A stretch of DNA of 37,289 bases from Macrostomum lignano (lineage: Eukaryota): the NCBI GenBank assembly GCA_002269645.1, contig NIVC01004713.1:1-37289 (forward strand), in the 5' to 3' direction. Shown here piece by piece: positions 11,922 through 23,814 of this stretch. How positions within the stretch are numbered: the stretch's first letter is position 1; every line of letters starts with the position of its first letter. The notes under the pieces were generated by a model that was given only the letters and a program-made list of their open reading frames with translations, was not told where the DNA came from and made no database searches. A program made the translations under genes and the position numbers.

Positions 11922-13183
11922 ATGGGTCGCCGCCCCGCCCGCTGCTACCGCTACTGCAAGAACAAGCCGTACCCCAAGTCGCGCTTCTGCCGCGGCGTCC
12001 CCGATCCCAAGATTCGAATCTACGATCTGGGCAAGAAGAAGGCCCGAGTGGACGACTTCCCGCAGTGCGTCCACATGATCTCGGACGAGTATGAGCAGCT
12101 GTCCGCAGAGGCTCTGGAAGCTGCCCGCATCGCCGCCAACAAGTACCTGGTGAAGAGCTGCGGCAAGGACTCCTTCCACCTGCGAGTCCGGCTGCACCCG
12201 TTCCACGTGACCCGCATCAACAAGATGTTGTCCTGCGCCGGCGCCGATCGACTGCAGACTGGCATGCGCGGCGCCTTTGGCAAGCCGAACGGCCTGGTGG
12301 CCCGCGTCAACATCGGCCAGGTTTGTCAGCTGTACTACAGCCCTGGGAATTCCCCTGTAACTGCACTACAGCCCTGGGAATTCCCCTGTAACTGCACTAC
12401 AGCCTCTGGGAATTCCCCTGTAACTGCACTACAGCCCTGGGAATTACCCTGTAACTGCACTACAGCCCTGGGAATTCCCCTGTATCTGCACTACAGCCTC
12501 TGGGAGTTCCCCTGTAACTGCACTACAGCCTCTGAGAATTCCCCTGTAACTGCACTACAGCCTCTGGGAATTCCCCTGTAACTGCACTACAGCCTCTGGG
12601 AATTCCCCTGTAACTGCACTACAGCCCTGGGAATTCCCCTGTAACTGCACTACAGCCTCTGGGAATTCCCCTGTAACTGCACTACAGCCCCTGCGAATCC
12701 CTCGTGGCTGGGAATCCCCTCATAACTGCCTTGGGAATCCCCTCATAACTGCCTTGGGAATCCCCTCATAACTGCCTTGGGAATCCCCTCATAACTGCCT
12801 TGGGAATCTCCTCATAACTGCCTTGGGAATCCCCGCTTATAAGCCGGTAGTCTGATGATAACTGGCTTTGCCAATCCTTGTCATAACTGACAACTAGCGA
12901 ATGGAATTGCCCGCCCCAGGTGATCATGTCGGTGCGCGGCAAGGAAAACAACGTGAACTCCATGGTGGAGGCTTTCCGCCGATCCAAGATGAAGTTCCCC
13001 GGCAGGCAGAAGATCGCCGTCAGCCGTCGCTGGGGCTTCACGAAGTGGGACAGAGCCGACTACGAGCGGATGCGCGCCGAGGGCCGCCTGCAGCCTGACG
13101 GCGTCGGCTGCAAGTACCTGCCGGAGCACGGGCCGCTGGACAACTGGAAGCAGGTGCAGGCCGCTATGCGCATGGCCAGCTAG
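11922..13183 (+). CDS. RPL10: 60S ribosomal protein L10 (uL16), 220 aa
   Basis: Exons 11922-12320 and 12920-13183 (GT-AG, phase 0). Begins [33 protein letters not shown] and includes [15 protein letters not shown] and KFPGRQKI. Confidence 0.98.
12330..12835. repeat. Compound minisatellite in the RPL10 intron: 31/32-bp unit, then a related 23-bp unit
   Basis: GGGAATTCCCCTGTAACTGCACTACAGCCCT repeats, then GGGAATCCCCTCATAACTGCCTT from about 12710. Confidence 0.95.
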
Positions 13184-13404
13184 GCCTGCATCCAATAACT
13201 GTCTGAGATAACAGGACAACTGTCGGAGCCGTTGTGCAAAAGTGCGCTATGAACTTTTGAAAAGAAATATACCAAGTCTTTATGATAAGTCGTTTTTGGC
13301 GTGTCTTTAGTTTTGCGCTATTGACTGATGGAGAGAAAATCTGGTGACGGCGGTTTAGAAGCCTCTTGTACATTTTTTTACTTCTATAAGCCTTATAAAG
13401 CCTG

Positions 13405-13745
13405 TGGATCTGGGAGAGGGCGGCAGGGGGCCAACAGCCGAGAGGCTGGCCCAGCAACTGGGGATCTGGAAGGCTGGCCCAGCGACTGAGATCTGGGAGG
13501 CTGGCCCAGCAACTGGGGATCTGGAAGGCTAGCCCAGCAACTGGGGATCTGGAAGGCTGGCCCAGCGACAGATCTGGGAGGCTGGCCCAGCAACTGGGGA
13601 TCTGGAAGGCTGGCCCAGCAACTGGGGATCTGGGAGGCTGGCCCAGCAACTGAGGATCTGAGAGGCTGGCCCAGCAACTGGGGATCTGGAAGGCTGGCCC
13701 AGCAACTGGGGATCTGGGAGGCTGGCCCAGCAACTGGGATCTGTG
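13405..13745. repeat. 28-bp minisatellite (GGCTGGCCCAGCAACTGGGGATCTGGAA) downstream of RPL10
   Basis: Direct reading, roughly 11 units with variants. Confidence 0.93.
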
Positions 13746-14168
13746 AGGGATCAACTGAGGATTGAGCAACTGCAGTTCCAGGTCCGGATCAGTTTGTTTC
13801 GGATTACCTGCCTGAAAGGCGCGAGCGTACGCTTAGTGTTCAGCATAGTTGAGCATAAGCTACTTTTTTTTGAGCAGCACTGGATAGTTCTTACCAATTC
13901 AATAAGCTGAGTACTCTGTAATTTGATGCATTCTACTTGGGATGAACATAGTACTGGAAATCTTCTATCCCTGTGCTGATACGTAGACTGCTCATTGGTC
14001 ATGGTTTGAACTCAGTGGGCTTGCAGCAGTATTTCTATGTTCTATTTATCATTTGGTTGCCAAGGCGCTACCTCACAGGGGAGGCTTAGCTAAAAATATT
14101 TGAAATCGCTCTGCTTCAAGGCAGCTCTGAAACGGCATCTAATTTTTTGCTGACAATTCAAGCAAGCC

Positions 14169-17088
14169 ATGAAGCGCATCGCCGCACTGCTATTGTGGAT
14201 TTTCTGTTTCATTTGTCTGCATCTGGCGCTGGTCCTGAGCTGCGATAACTGTAAGACAATTAGCTGGTATTTCTCTACAACTGCAGTCGATTATCATGCC
14301 TACGGTATAGCTTAGCCACCAGGATTTTTCAATCCATACTGGAGGGGTGTGTCCCAAAAGTGAATCAATTTGGGCTATTCTGTAAGGAGGGTTAGCCATG
14401 TACTTTTGCTAGCCGGCTGGGCAAACGACGCCCCCCATCTACTAGCCCTGCATGGCGTCCTGATAACCAGTTAATAATCAGTTGATAAACTCTTAGGGCT
14501 GCATGCATTGTAGTCTAGTAGTTAGAGTGTCGGACTTGCGACTGAAAGATCGGGGGTTCGATTCTCGACCCACTCGGAACAATTTGTTTCTTTGAGCAAG
14601 ACACTTAACTCTGCATTGCTTCAGTTCACCCAGCTGTAGAATGGGTGCCAGCATTAGCTGGGGTAATTAAAAATATATGGCGAACCCCCAGCGGCTGAGC
14701 TGTGGGTTGCACATCTGGCCATTGGGGCAGGTGAATCAATTTTCTATATAACGCTCAACGAATTTATTATCCAGCAATATTCAGAACGTCATATAGATTG
14801 CAGTCTCAGCCCAGTCAAACCGATCCCTGCATGGCAACTCCGCAGGGCGCTACCGGTTCCGACCTGTCCAGAACTCGTCTCTGCTGGCGCCGCCGCAGAC
14901 CGCCAGCTCGGAGCTCCGCCAGCTGCGGTTCAGCACGGCGCCCGGATTCGGCAGCACCGAGTGCGCCGCCGCCTGCGGCCGGATGTTCCACTGCCGGGCC
15001 TTCGCCTTCTGTCCGAAGGACGACTGCGTTCTGTACTGGAACTGGGGACCGCCGTTCCCGCCCTCCGGCTGCCAGCTGCCCGTGATGAGGAAGCTGGGTA
15101 AGGAGTCTGGGATGAGGCAGCTGGGTACTGGGAGGCTTGGAAGCAAAGGAATGAAGAAGCTGTGTGCTGCGAGCCGGGAGGAACCGCAGTGCCAGGCTCT
15201 GATTGAAGTGCAGAGGCATTGGGAGACTCTTTGAGTGTCAAGTTTAGTCCATGGGGATGGCAGAGCCGGCCTATGGGTTATCATTCAAGCTGTATTGATC
15301 GCTGCTGGAAATTTTGTCCCCCCACATCTATGCCATGCGAGAGCAATGAACCCCTATTAGATATGGACGCGATATGCAGGTGGATCCGCATACTGGAAGC
15401 TACAGAGTGCTACCCTCAACCCTCCCCAAACCCAAACACACAAGAAGTGGGGGGGGGAATACTGGGAGACGAGATTTAATATCCAATTATTTCATGGGGA
15501 AGTCTGTTGTTGTAGCTCAGTGACTCCCATTCTTGAGCTTATAAATATTGAACAAATTCAATATTTTCCCACGGCTTACAATTTTATCGGCTTTCTGATT
15601 TAATAGGGATATTTATTATTTCAAATCCATACTACTATCGGCAGTAGTAAGAGTAGTTTTTTTTCAAGTGCTAAAATATTTTTGCTTACCTAGAAGAACG
15701 GCTTCCTAGAATTGGTTCTAACTATTTTATCTCTGAAGCTATTTCTCAAAGGTACACAAAATCCTCGAATTTCCATTGCGCAGTGGCCCGCTTCGAGTCA
15801 TGCATCGAGCGCTGGGTTGGCAACCGCAGGTTCTGCCTGATGCAGCAGAGAATTTCTGGCAGCGTCAGCTTCGTTCGATCTTGGACCGAGTACGAAAACG
15901 GATTCGGTGATGCAGACAACTTCTGGATTGGTGAGACAGGAGAGATAGAAGAGAGATTGAAAGGGGAGCAGAGGGAAATGGCAGTTTGAGAATTGTTTCA
16001 GCCAATCAGCTACGACATGATACAAGCGTAAAAGACAATAGGACAGGCTCCTTAGCTAGTATGCAGTCCCAGCCAATCAGCAATGAGATAGGGATAGAAA
16101 ATTATAGAACGGGCTCGCATAGTATACAGATGTCCCAGCCAATCAGCAATTAGATAGGGATAGAAGATTACAGGACTGCCTCTCATAGTGACTATGTTTT
16201 AGCCAATCAGCGATGAGGTAGGAATAGAAGACTGCAATACGGGCCTGCATGGTGAGTAAATGATTGTGGGAGATTAAGATTCCAGCCTAGAGTAGTAATT
16301 TGATGCCTAAGCCTTAATATTTAAATAAATGAGGCTTAAAAATAGACTGCCTCAACAATACAGGCCTGAAGACGTTTCGCTCCTTGACGCCCGCTACCGT
16401 TCGATTCGAGCTCACCAAATTCAACGGCAGCCAGTATCACTGCGAATACGACGGCTTTACGATTGGCGACGAGGCTTCGAAGTACACGATGGACTACTCC
16501 AGGTGCAGTGAAAATTGTTGCTTAATCTTTGAGCATGGTCGCTCCTATTTTGTTGATAGAGTTGCCAGCTTAGCATTTAGGAACTCGGAGCTGTACTCAG
16601 CAACAGCTAAACCCAACCCACTAGCTAACTCACGCTGTCAGGCTGTCTGAAGTTAAGCAATGCCATATAGGTTATGCAATAACGTGTGGTGAAGGAACCT
16701 CGAGCATTCAAAATTGTCGTCACTCATCGCGTGCCACTGCTGGCCTCCCAGATAAGATTAGCGATATCGATAGCAAGCCAATCGATCTCTGCCTTGCAGG
16801 TACGCAAGCGAGAGGTCGAACATCGCCACGGACTCGCTGCACGAACGCAATCGGGGCATGAAATTCTCCACCACCGACCAGGACAATGACGCGCTCAGCT
16901 CAGAGTGCTCCAACACCTACGGAGGCGGCGGAGGCTGGTGGTTCGGAGCCTGCTTCAGGGCCAATCCTAATGGAGAGTACTCTAACACGGAGGTGTGGAA
17001 GCAGACAAAGTACCTGAACTGGTACTACATCGACGGAGATTTCGTATCGCTGCGGGAAACCCGCATAATGGTGCAGTTGGACGGCTGA
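14169..17088 (+). CDS. Secreted fibrinogen-related protein: signal peptide, PAN/apple-like Cys domain and fibrinogen C-terminal (FReD) domain, 302 aa
   Basis: Exons 14169-14250, 14846-15097, 15784-15930, 16364-16502 and 16800-17088 total 909 nt with consistent phases. Hydrophobic N-terminus MKRIAALLLWIFCFICLHLALVLS. ECAAACGRMFHCRAFAFCPKDDCVLY. FReD motifs SFVRSWTEYENGFG...FWIG, MKFSTTDQDND, GGWWFGACFRANPNG. Confidence 0.88.
14508..14711 (+). mobile_element. tRNA-derived CORE-like SINE, copy 2, in intron 1 of the FReD gene
   Basis: TAGTCTAGTAG A-box, GGTTCGATTC B-box and TTGAGCAAGACACTTAAC...CCCAGCTGTAGAATGGG; closely similar to 8-164. No TSD seen. Confidence 0.8.
16000..16255. repeat. Degenerate 64-71 bp tandem repeat (AGCCAATCAGC...GATAGAA) in FReD intron 3
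   Basis: GCCAATCAG at about 16001, 16072, 16138 and 16202, with partly conserved downstream sequence. Confidence 0.75.
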
Positions 17089-18173
17089 CTGAGATGCAGT
17101 TGATGACCAGAAGCTGGAGCAAATAAAATCCCGGAAAAATTTAACTGTCAAAAACTCCCCGTGGCTTAACGCTATTTAAGAGTATATGATTTTAGTCAGG
17201 TTGTTAACTGCATATATCAAAAGGGTCTGCACACCATAAAAAAACTTTTTCTTTATAAGTGTAAAACATCTCTAGCCTCAAGAGGCAATTAACCTCTTGT
17301 TCAAGGTCTTTGGAAATTTACGCCCTTATAAGGAATCAGCTACAACTTCAAGACGATTTCATAGTTGTATAGATTGAAAAACTGCCTGACTGCCTGACTG
17401 ACAGAAAGCAGCGATTGCGTGTCTACACATACAATACAAGACTGGCTGACGCAGCTTCACCCCTCCTTGTCCAGGCACCTACTATAGAAGGAAGCCATGA
17501 GCCAAGCTCAAGCCAGAAGCACATCACAAACTATTTAGTCATTTGCTGTGGAGTTACCGTCGTTGTTTTGGTTACAAGCAACACAATTGTCTCCATCTCC
17601 ACGGCTCTCAGTGGCAGTGGAAATATTCAATCCCAGCGCCTATTCTCTTCAGCCAATCAGCGTTGAGTCAATGATTAAGTCATATTATTCTACCTAAAGC
17701 TGCTAAGCACTTAGGTAAATACAGGGTTAGCTAGATATAGGAGAGATAGGGAGAAGCAAAGTAAAGGTAAGAAATGAAAGTGGACGGGCGAACATTCAGT
17801 TTTCTTCTCTTAATTATATTCATTTTATCAGCGTCATGATCGTTGTGCAAGCCAAAGCTGTTTTTGATAAGAACTCCTAATGCAGTTTTCGAATCTCAAC
17901 TATTATAATTATTTTTACTAAATCTCTATCGATTAAAATTAAAATTAGCCAATTTTTTGCAACAACCGATATTATTTGTAGAGTGGGCTGTGAAGTCTTC
18001 GAGAGTTTGTTTGCACTTTGCTCGGCCGCAACAGTGCAATGCTGACAGTCAAATACATGTATCATACCCGGTGCCTGCTGTGATAGCAGTTGAACAGAAT
18101 CTACGTATTAAAAACTGAGAGTAATAATTAGCGGACTAAATATTAGCGAAACAGACAAATATTTCGGAAATCG

Positions 18174-18397
18174 CAGGGGTCGGCAAACTCAGGCCCGCGG
18201 GGCACACACAAGAACAGAAACTTCACAATAGCAATCCGGCCTAGTTAAGGCTTGTCTTTTCTCAGCTCTCTTCTCTCCTTTCTCCTTCAATCTCTCTTCA
18301 ATCCTTTTCCCCTTTCCTCTCTCCCCAGCTCTGGCTCGCAGTCATGAGCTGGATTCTCTACCTAGCCCTTCAGGTAAAATAAGTTTGCCGACCGATG
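18174..18397. mobile_element. hAT-like MITE, about 224 bp
   Basis: TIR CAGGGGTCGGCAAACT against AGTTTGCCGACCGATG (14 of 16 match), typical of Charlie-type hAT ends. No clear 8-bp TSD. Confidence 0.65.
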
Positions 18398-18991
18398 CGC
18401 TTAAAGAAAAAAACTAGCGGCGTTTCGCTAACGCCAAAGAAAAAATCTGCCAAAGATTAGCGGACATTAGTGGAAGTATATGCCCAACATTTTCAGATAG
18501 CAATATATAATGGCTAATCCACTAAGTAATAAGCCAGTAGCCCTTGACACTCGACCACGATTCAATTAGATTATTACGTATTTACGAGCTATTTTAATAC
18601 TACTCTGATGAGCTAAAACGGAGGCAACCAAGCCTCAATCATTTGGGAGGCAAACAACCAAACAACTCGTAAAGTTAAATGAAAATAGCTTACCAAAATA
18701 AAGAATCTACGTTATCTCTATATAGAAAATTACAAACATACTTACATACGCTCGGATTGTTATTAATAAAATCAGAATCTGATCATTCAGGCTGGCTTGT
18801 GCACTCGAAGTTTTTTATCAATGACAGCAGACCAAACACGCAATGATCTCGCGTTCAGTTTAGCTTTATTCGGTTTAAATATATAGGTAAAAACAATACT
18901 AAAAAATTAATGACAGCAGGTAAGAAAATGCGCGAGAGAGAATAAAACTTCGACAAAAACCAACTAATTACTAAAAGTAGAAGTGCATCGC

Positions 18992-19111
18992 TTATCTTTT
19001 AGGCCTTTTCTTGCATTTAGTCTTCTTGGATTTCCTTTGAAACTTTCGCTTTTTTGGCTTCGTCTTCAATTCGTCTTTAAATTTCTTGTTGAAGTTCTTC
19101 TTTGATTTCAT
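18992..19111 (-). pseudogene. Duplicated fragment of the NOL12 last exon with open frame (39 aa if started at ATG 19111)
   Basis: Translates MKSKKNFNKKFKDELKTKPKKRKFQRKSKKTKCKKRPKR*, against the parent RSKKSFNKKLKDELKMKPNKRKFQRKSKKKTKGKKRSKR*. Confidence 0.7.
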
Positions 19112-19967
19112 AGTTCAAGAAAAAAGTTGATAAATTTTGTTTAAAAAAACTTACTGACGGACAGAAAGACAGCATCAATTGTTGTATCTGCTGCTTCACT
19201 CCATCCCCATTCCTCTGAGGTGCCTCATACAATACAAGGCTGACTGACGCAGCCTCACCCCCTCTTTGCTCAAGCTCCAACTTAGAAGCCAGCTCAAGCC
19301 AGAGACAACCGACAATTGTGTCCATCTTCACGACGCTCGGAAGCATTTCAATTGTTTCAACTCCCTGTTTTGGCGCGCTTGTAAAACAAAAACAAAGCAA
19401 TGGCACCGCAAATCCCCTTTGCTTCTAGAAGTCTTCGATCCCAGACTCAACTATGCACCACCATTTCTGCACTAGCTACACTACAATCGATTCCTTTTAG
19501 CCACGCAAAGCAGTTTTGTCCCATTGTTGCTTCTGTTCAGGAAAAAAGCCTATGCAGGGACGCCTAAAGTCAGAAACCTGGAAATGTTTTTCTCTAAAAA
19601 GTGTCTAAAAATTGAAGTCACAGCTGCGATCTTTCCTCTTCAACTAATCAGCCTTGAGCCGATGTTTAAGTAACATTATTCTAGCTAAAGCACTTCAAAA
19701 AATGAAAGATTAGTTAAAGAAATTGTTAATGATATAGGAGAGATAGGAAGAAGTAAAATGAGGTAGGAAATGAAAGTGGATGGATGGGAGAACATACGAG
19801 TACAATATGCTTCACTTAGCTATAATACTCATTTAATCAGCGTCATGGTTTTTGTGCAAGACAAAGCCGTTTTTGATAAGAATTCCGAATGCAGTTTTCC
19901 ATCTTTCAACTATTATAACTTAAACTAGACTATTGCTTATTTAGTTTAACATTATGTTGTGTCTAAT

Positions 19968-20480
19968 GAGCTGAGAGGCAACCAAGCCCCAATGAGCTGG
20001 GAGAGAGAGGCAACCAAGCCCCAATGAGCTGGGAGAGAGAGGCAACCAAGCCCCAATGAGCTGGGAGAGAGAGGCAACCAAGCCCCAATGAGCTGGGAGA
20101 GAGAGGCAACCAAGCCCCAATGAGCTGGGAGAGAGAGGCAACCAAGCCCCAATGAGCTGGGAGAGAGAGGCAACCAAGCCCCAATGAGCTGGGAGAGAGA
20201 GGCAACCAAGCCCCAATGAGCTGGGAGAGAGAGGCAACCAAGCCTCAATGAGCTGGGAGAGAGAGAGGCAACCAAGCCCCAATGAGCTGGGAGAGAGAGA
20301 GAGGCAACCAAGCCCCAATGAGCTGGGAGAGAGAGAGAGGCAACCAAGCCCCAATGAGCTGGGAGAGAGAGAGAGGCAACCAAGCCCCAATGAGCTGGGA
20401 GAGAGAGAGAGGCAACCAAGCCCCAATGAGCTGGGAGAGAGAGAGAGAGGCAACCAAGCCCCAATGAGCTGGGAGAGAGG
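19968..20480. repeat. 32-38 bp minisatellite GAGCTGG(GA)nGGCAACCAAGCCCCAAT, about 15 copies
   Basis: ACCAAGCC at 19981, 20013, 20045 and onward. The internal (GA)n lengthens toward the right. Confidence 0.96.
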
Positions 20481-20807
20481 CAACAAAGTCTCGAAAGTCA
20501 GATGAAAATAATTTACTAATATCATTAGTTTACATAATCTCTTTGTCGAAAATTACAAATATACTCACGTATTTTATTACTAAAATTGTTTCATGAATAA
20601 GATCATTCAGCTCATTTAACTCGAAAACTTTTTATCACTGACAACGGAGCAGACGCGCAATGATCTCGCGTTCAGTTTTGCTTTATATTTTGGCTTAAAA
20701 ATATACAGGTAACAATGCTACAAACTTCAATGACAGCAGGTAAGAAAATGCTTGAGAGAACAAAACCTCGATAAAGGCAGATATTACTAAAAGTAAAATT
20801 ACATCGC

Positions 20808-22348
20808 TTATCTCTTAGACCTTTTCTTGCCTTTAGTCTTCTTCTTGGATTTTCTTTGAAACTTTCGCTTGTTTGGCTTCATCTTCAATTCGTCTTTCAA
20901 CTTCTTGTTGAAGCTCTTCTTTGATCTGCGGACCGGAGACGCGAGAGCAATGATCAGTTTCTCGCACTGCCTACTGGAAAGTAGCATGTTAGGGAAAATT
21001 TAAAATGGTATGCATTGACAAGCTCACATTGCTGGTAGTGGCTGAGAAGGACCTGACTGTTGTGCCGGCTAAAATAGAAAACAAAATATATACTGGCAAT
21101 AATTAAATGACTTTTCATGCTACTTACCAGATGTGTATACTACTAACCGTATAATAAACTTCTTTTTAAGTTTCACATGAGAATTCTCCAGTGAGTTGGA
21201 GGGCGATTCTTTAGGGGTTGGAGGGCGATTCTTTAAAAATGGGAGGGCGATTTTTTAGTGGGTTGGAGGGCGATTCTTTAAAAATGAGAGGGCGATTTTT
21301 TAGTGGGTTGGAGGGCGATTCTTTAAAAATGAGAGGGCGATTTTTTAGTGGGTTGGAGGGCGATTTTTTAGTGGGTTGGAGGGCGATTCTTTAAAAATGG
21401 GAGGGCGATTCTTTAGGGGTTGGAGGGCGATTTTTTAGTGGGTTGGAGGGCGATTCTTTAAAAATGGGAGGGCGATTCTTTAAAAATGGGAGAGCGATTC
21501 TTTAAAAATGGGAGGGCGATTCTTTAAAAATGGAAGGGCGATTTTTTAGTGGGCTGGAGGGCGATTCTTCAGTGTGTTGGAGGGCGATTTTTAAGTGAGT
21601 TGGAGGGCGATTCTTCAGTGGGTTGGAGGGCGATTCTTAAGGGGTTGGAGGGCGATTGTTAAGGGGTTGGAGGGCGATTCTTAAGGGGTTGGAGGGCGAT
21701 TCTTAAGGGTTGGAGGGCGATTCTTAAGTGGGTTGGAGGGTGATTCTTAAGGGGTTGGAGGGCGATTCTTAAGGGGTTGGAGGGCGATTCTTAAGTGGGT
21801 TGGAGGGTGATTCTTAAGGGGTTGGAGGGCGATTCTTAAGGGGTTGGAGGGCGATTCTTTAGTGGGTTGGAGGGCGATTCTTAGTGAGTTGGAGGGCGAT
21901 TCTTTAGTGGGTTAAAGGGCGATTCTTAAGGGGTTGGAGGGCAAATTCTCATTGGGTCTGATTTTCAAATTTAAAAAACGACTTATTAAAGAGTTAATTT
22001 GCTATAAAGAACAGCACAGCAAGCTCACAGTAGCGGTAGGCTGCAGGTCCAGCTCAGTAACCGTGACAGTGTGCTCAGGCAGCTCCTCAGTCACTGGCTG
22101 GCACTCAATCATCTGCATATCCGGTGCCAGAACTCCCGCCCGCTGCAGCACCAGCGCCTCGTGCCGCTCCTTCAGCAACCGTTTCTCCTCTTTTAACTCG
22201 TCCGCCGCCTTGCGCAGGGCCAGCTTGCGCCGTTCCACTTTGCGCTTGTGAAATCCGGTCAGGTATTCGGCTCGTTTAGCCTCGTCGAATAGAATGACGC
22301 GCTTGGCGGTTGGCTTTTGTTTTTCTGCTTTGATGGAGGTCGCGTCAT
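20808..22348 (-). CDS. NOL12: Nucleolar protein 12 / Rrp17-like, about 175 aa; needs one extra base in the A5 run near 22320-22324
   Basis: Exons 22348-22029, 21068-21028 and 20973-20808 (GT-AG). Family motif LFDEAKRAEYLTGFHKRKVERRK and a Lys/Arg-rich C-terminus. The ATG at 22348 is one base out of frame with this motif. Confidence 0.85.
21195..21945. repeat. 22-24 bp minisatellite (GGGTTGGAGGGCGATTCTTAAG and variants) in NOL12 intron 1
   Basis: Constant GGAGGGCGATT core with several flank variants. Confidence 0.95.
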
Positions 22349-23439
22349 GACTTCAAGCTGCAGTGCATTTTAGTGTCACTATGAGAACTTTTATGAGCAT
22401 TGTCTATAATTAAACATAGATGTCAGATGAGATCAAAGATTTTAGGATTGGAATTACATTTTACAGCTATTATAATTGCCTCTGGTACACCCATTAAATC
22501 ACACTACTTTTATCCTATTTTACCAATTCCAGACTGTCTCAGACTCAAAAAAGAAAACATTTTGGACTTTGTAAGATCTTGAAATTTAAGACATTAAGAA
22601 TCTTGTTAGATCACTTTATTTGGTCTTCTTGGGTCCCCTTTTTGCTAAAAAATTAAGGCTAAAAAGCAAATTATGGCATTTGAATAATAAAGGTAAAGGA
22701 CAAAGAAAATTTATAACTAGGAGAATATCTATGTCCTTATATAAAATAAGCTTAGCAAAATTTTTAAAAGGCTAAAGATCAGAAAAAGCTGAATCTTTTC
22801 TTATTAACTTTCTTCATCTTTTTTTCTACTTCACAAATAATTCTGCATGATTCTATAAGTGCATGCCAGGTATGCACATACACTATTTTCTTAGGAGTGA
22901 TGCATGCCAACTGTGCATGTCTACTTTTGGCATACATGGCCAATGCACACCCAAATTTTGGGCATATACTATATGATTCAGAGTGTGGCTTGTGGTCACC
23001 TTGTTTTATCACCAAAGTAAAAGCTTAAATGAAACTGAAAGCTAAGCTAGGCCTAGGGCTAGGTCTAGTCTAGGCCTGGGCTTTTCTTGCAATACTACAA
23101 GTATTAACTTTTATAGGCCTAAGCAGATAAATAATAGACCTAGGCTTAGCCTAATAGGCTAATACTAGGCCTAATTAATACTAATGGGCCTAAGACTAGG
23201 AAAATATTGTAGGCCTTTTAAGTTTTAAAATTTAATAGGCCTAGGCCTATACAATGAGATAGGCCCTATGTTGCTGTTAGGGGGGAGGGGGGGCCAGGCT
23301 ACAAAAGTAGGCCTAGACCTAGGCCCTATCATTAAAAAATAAAAAAATTCTTATCTAAACATGAAATTAAAGATTAACAATAAAGGCCTATTCAATAATA
23401 AATAGATAGGCTTTACAAAAGAAAAATGGACATTATCAA

Positions 23440-23555
23440 TTGGGTCACTAATCACTTTGGCAACAGGTCACTTCGGCAACAGTCACTTTGGCGGCGACAA
23501 GTCACTTCAGCGACAGTCACTTCGGTGACACATTTAGATTACTTTGGCAACAAAC
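23440..23555. repeat. Short degenerate repeats of GTCACTTYGGCRACA
   Basis: About 6-7 imperfect 15-19 bp copies. Confidence 0.7.
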
Positions 23556-23814
23556 ATATATTGCATAAGCAGTAAACCTGGTAACGCCTAAAATAAAAAA
23601 GAAAGCAATGAAAAACAAATGCAAGAATAACAAATTTATAGCACCAAGTTTTTTACGCATTATAATAGAAAGCATTGCAATTATTTTGTTCTAAAAAAAT
23701 ACTGGTATACTGAATACATTACACACTTGTACATGTACAATGTTTAGATGTTCTTGTTCATTTCAAGAACATTTTCATTTCTCCGTCTTTCTTCTCTCTT
23801 AATCTCTATCTGTT

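Larger units (their letters stand above)
17417..19111. repeat. Diverged tandem segmental duplication, copy A (paralog of about 19220-20925)
   Basis: Collinear matching blocks: 17417-17520 with 19220-19310, 17640-17910 with 19630-19920, and 18610-19105 with 19968-20925. Confidence 0.85.

Noticed and set aside
12321-12919. Intronic snoRNA, as hosted by vertebrate RPL10
   Set aside because: The intron is almost entirely minisatellite, and I found no convincing C/D or H/ACA structure.
18600-18625. CTGATGAG hammerhead core motif
   Set aside because: No properly placed GAAA or stems II and III.
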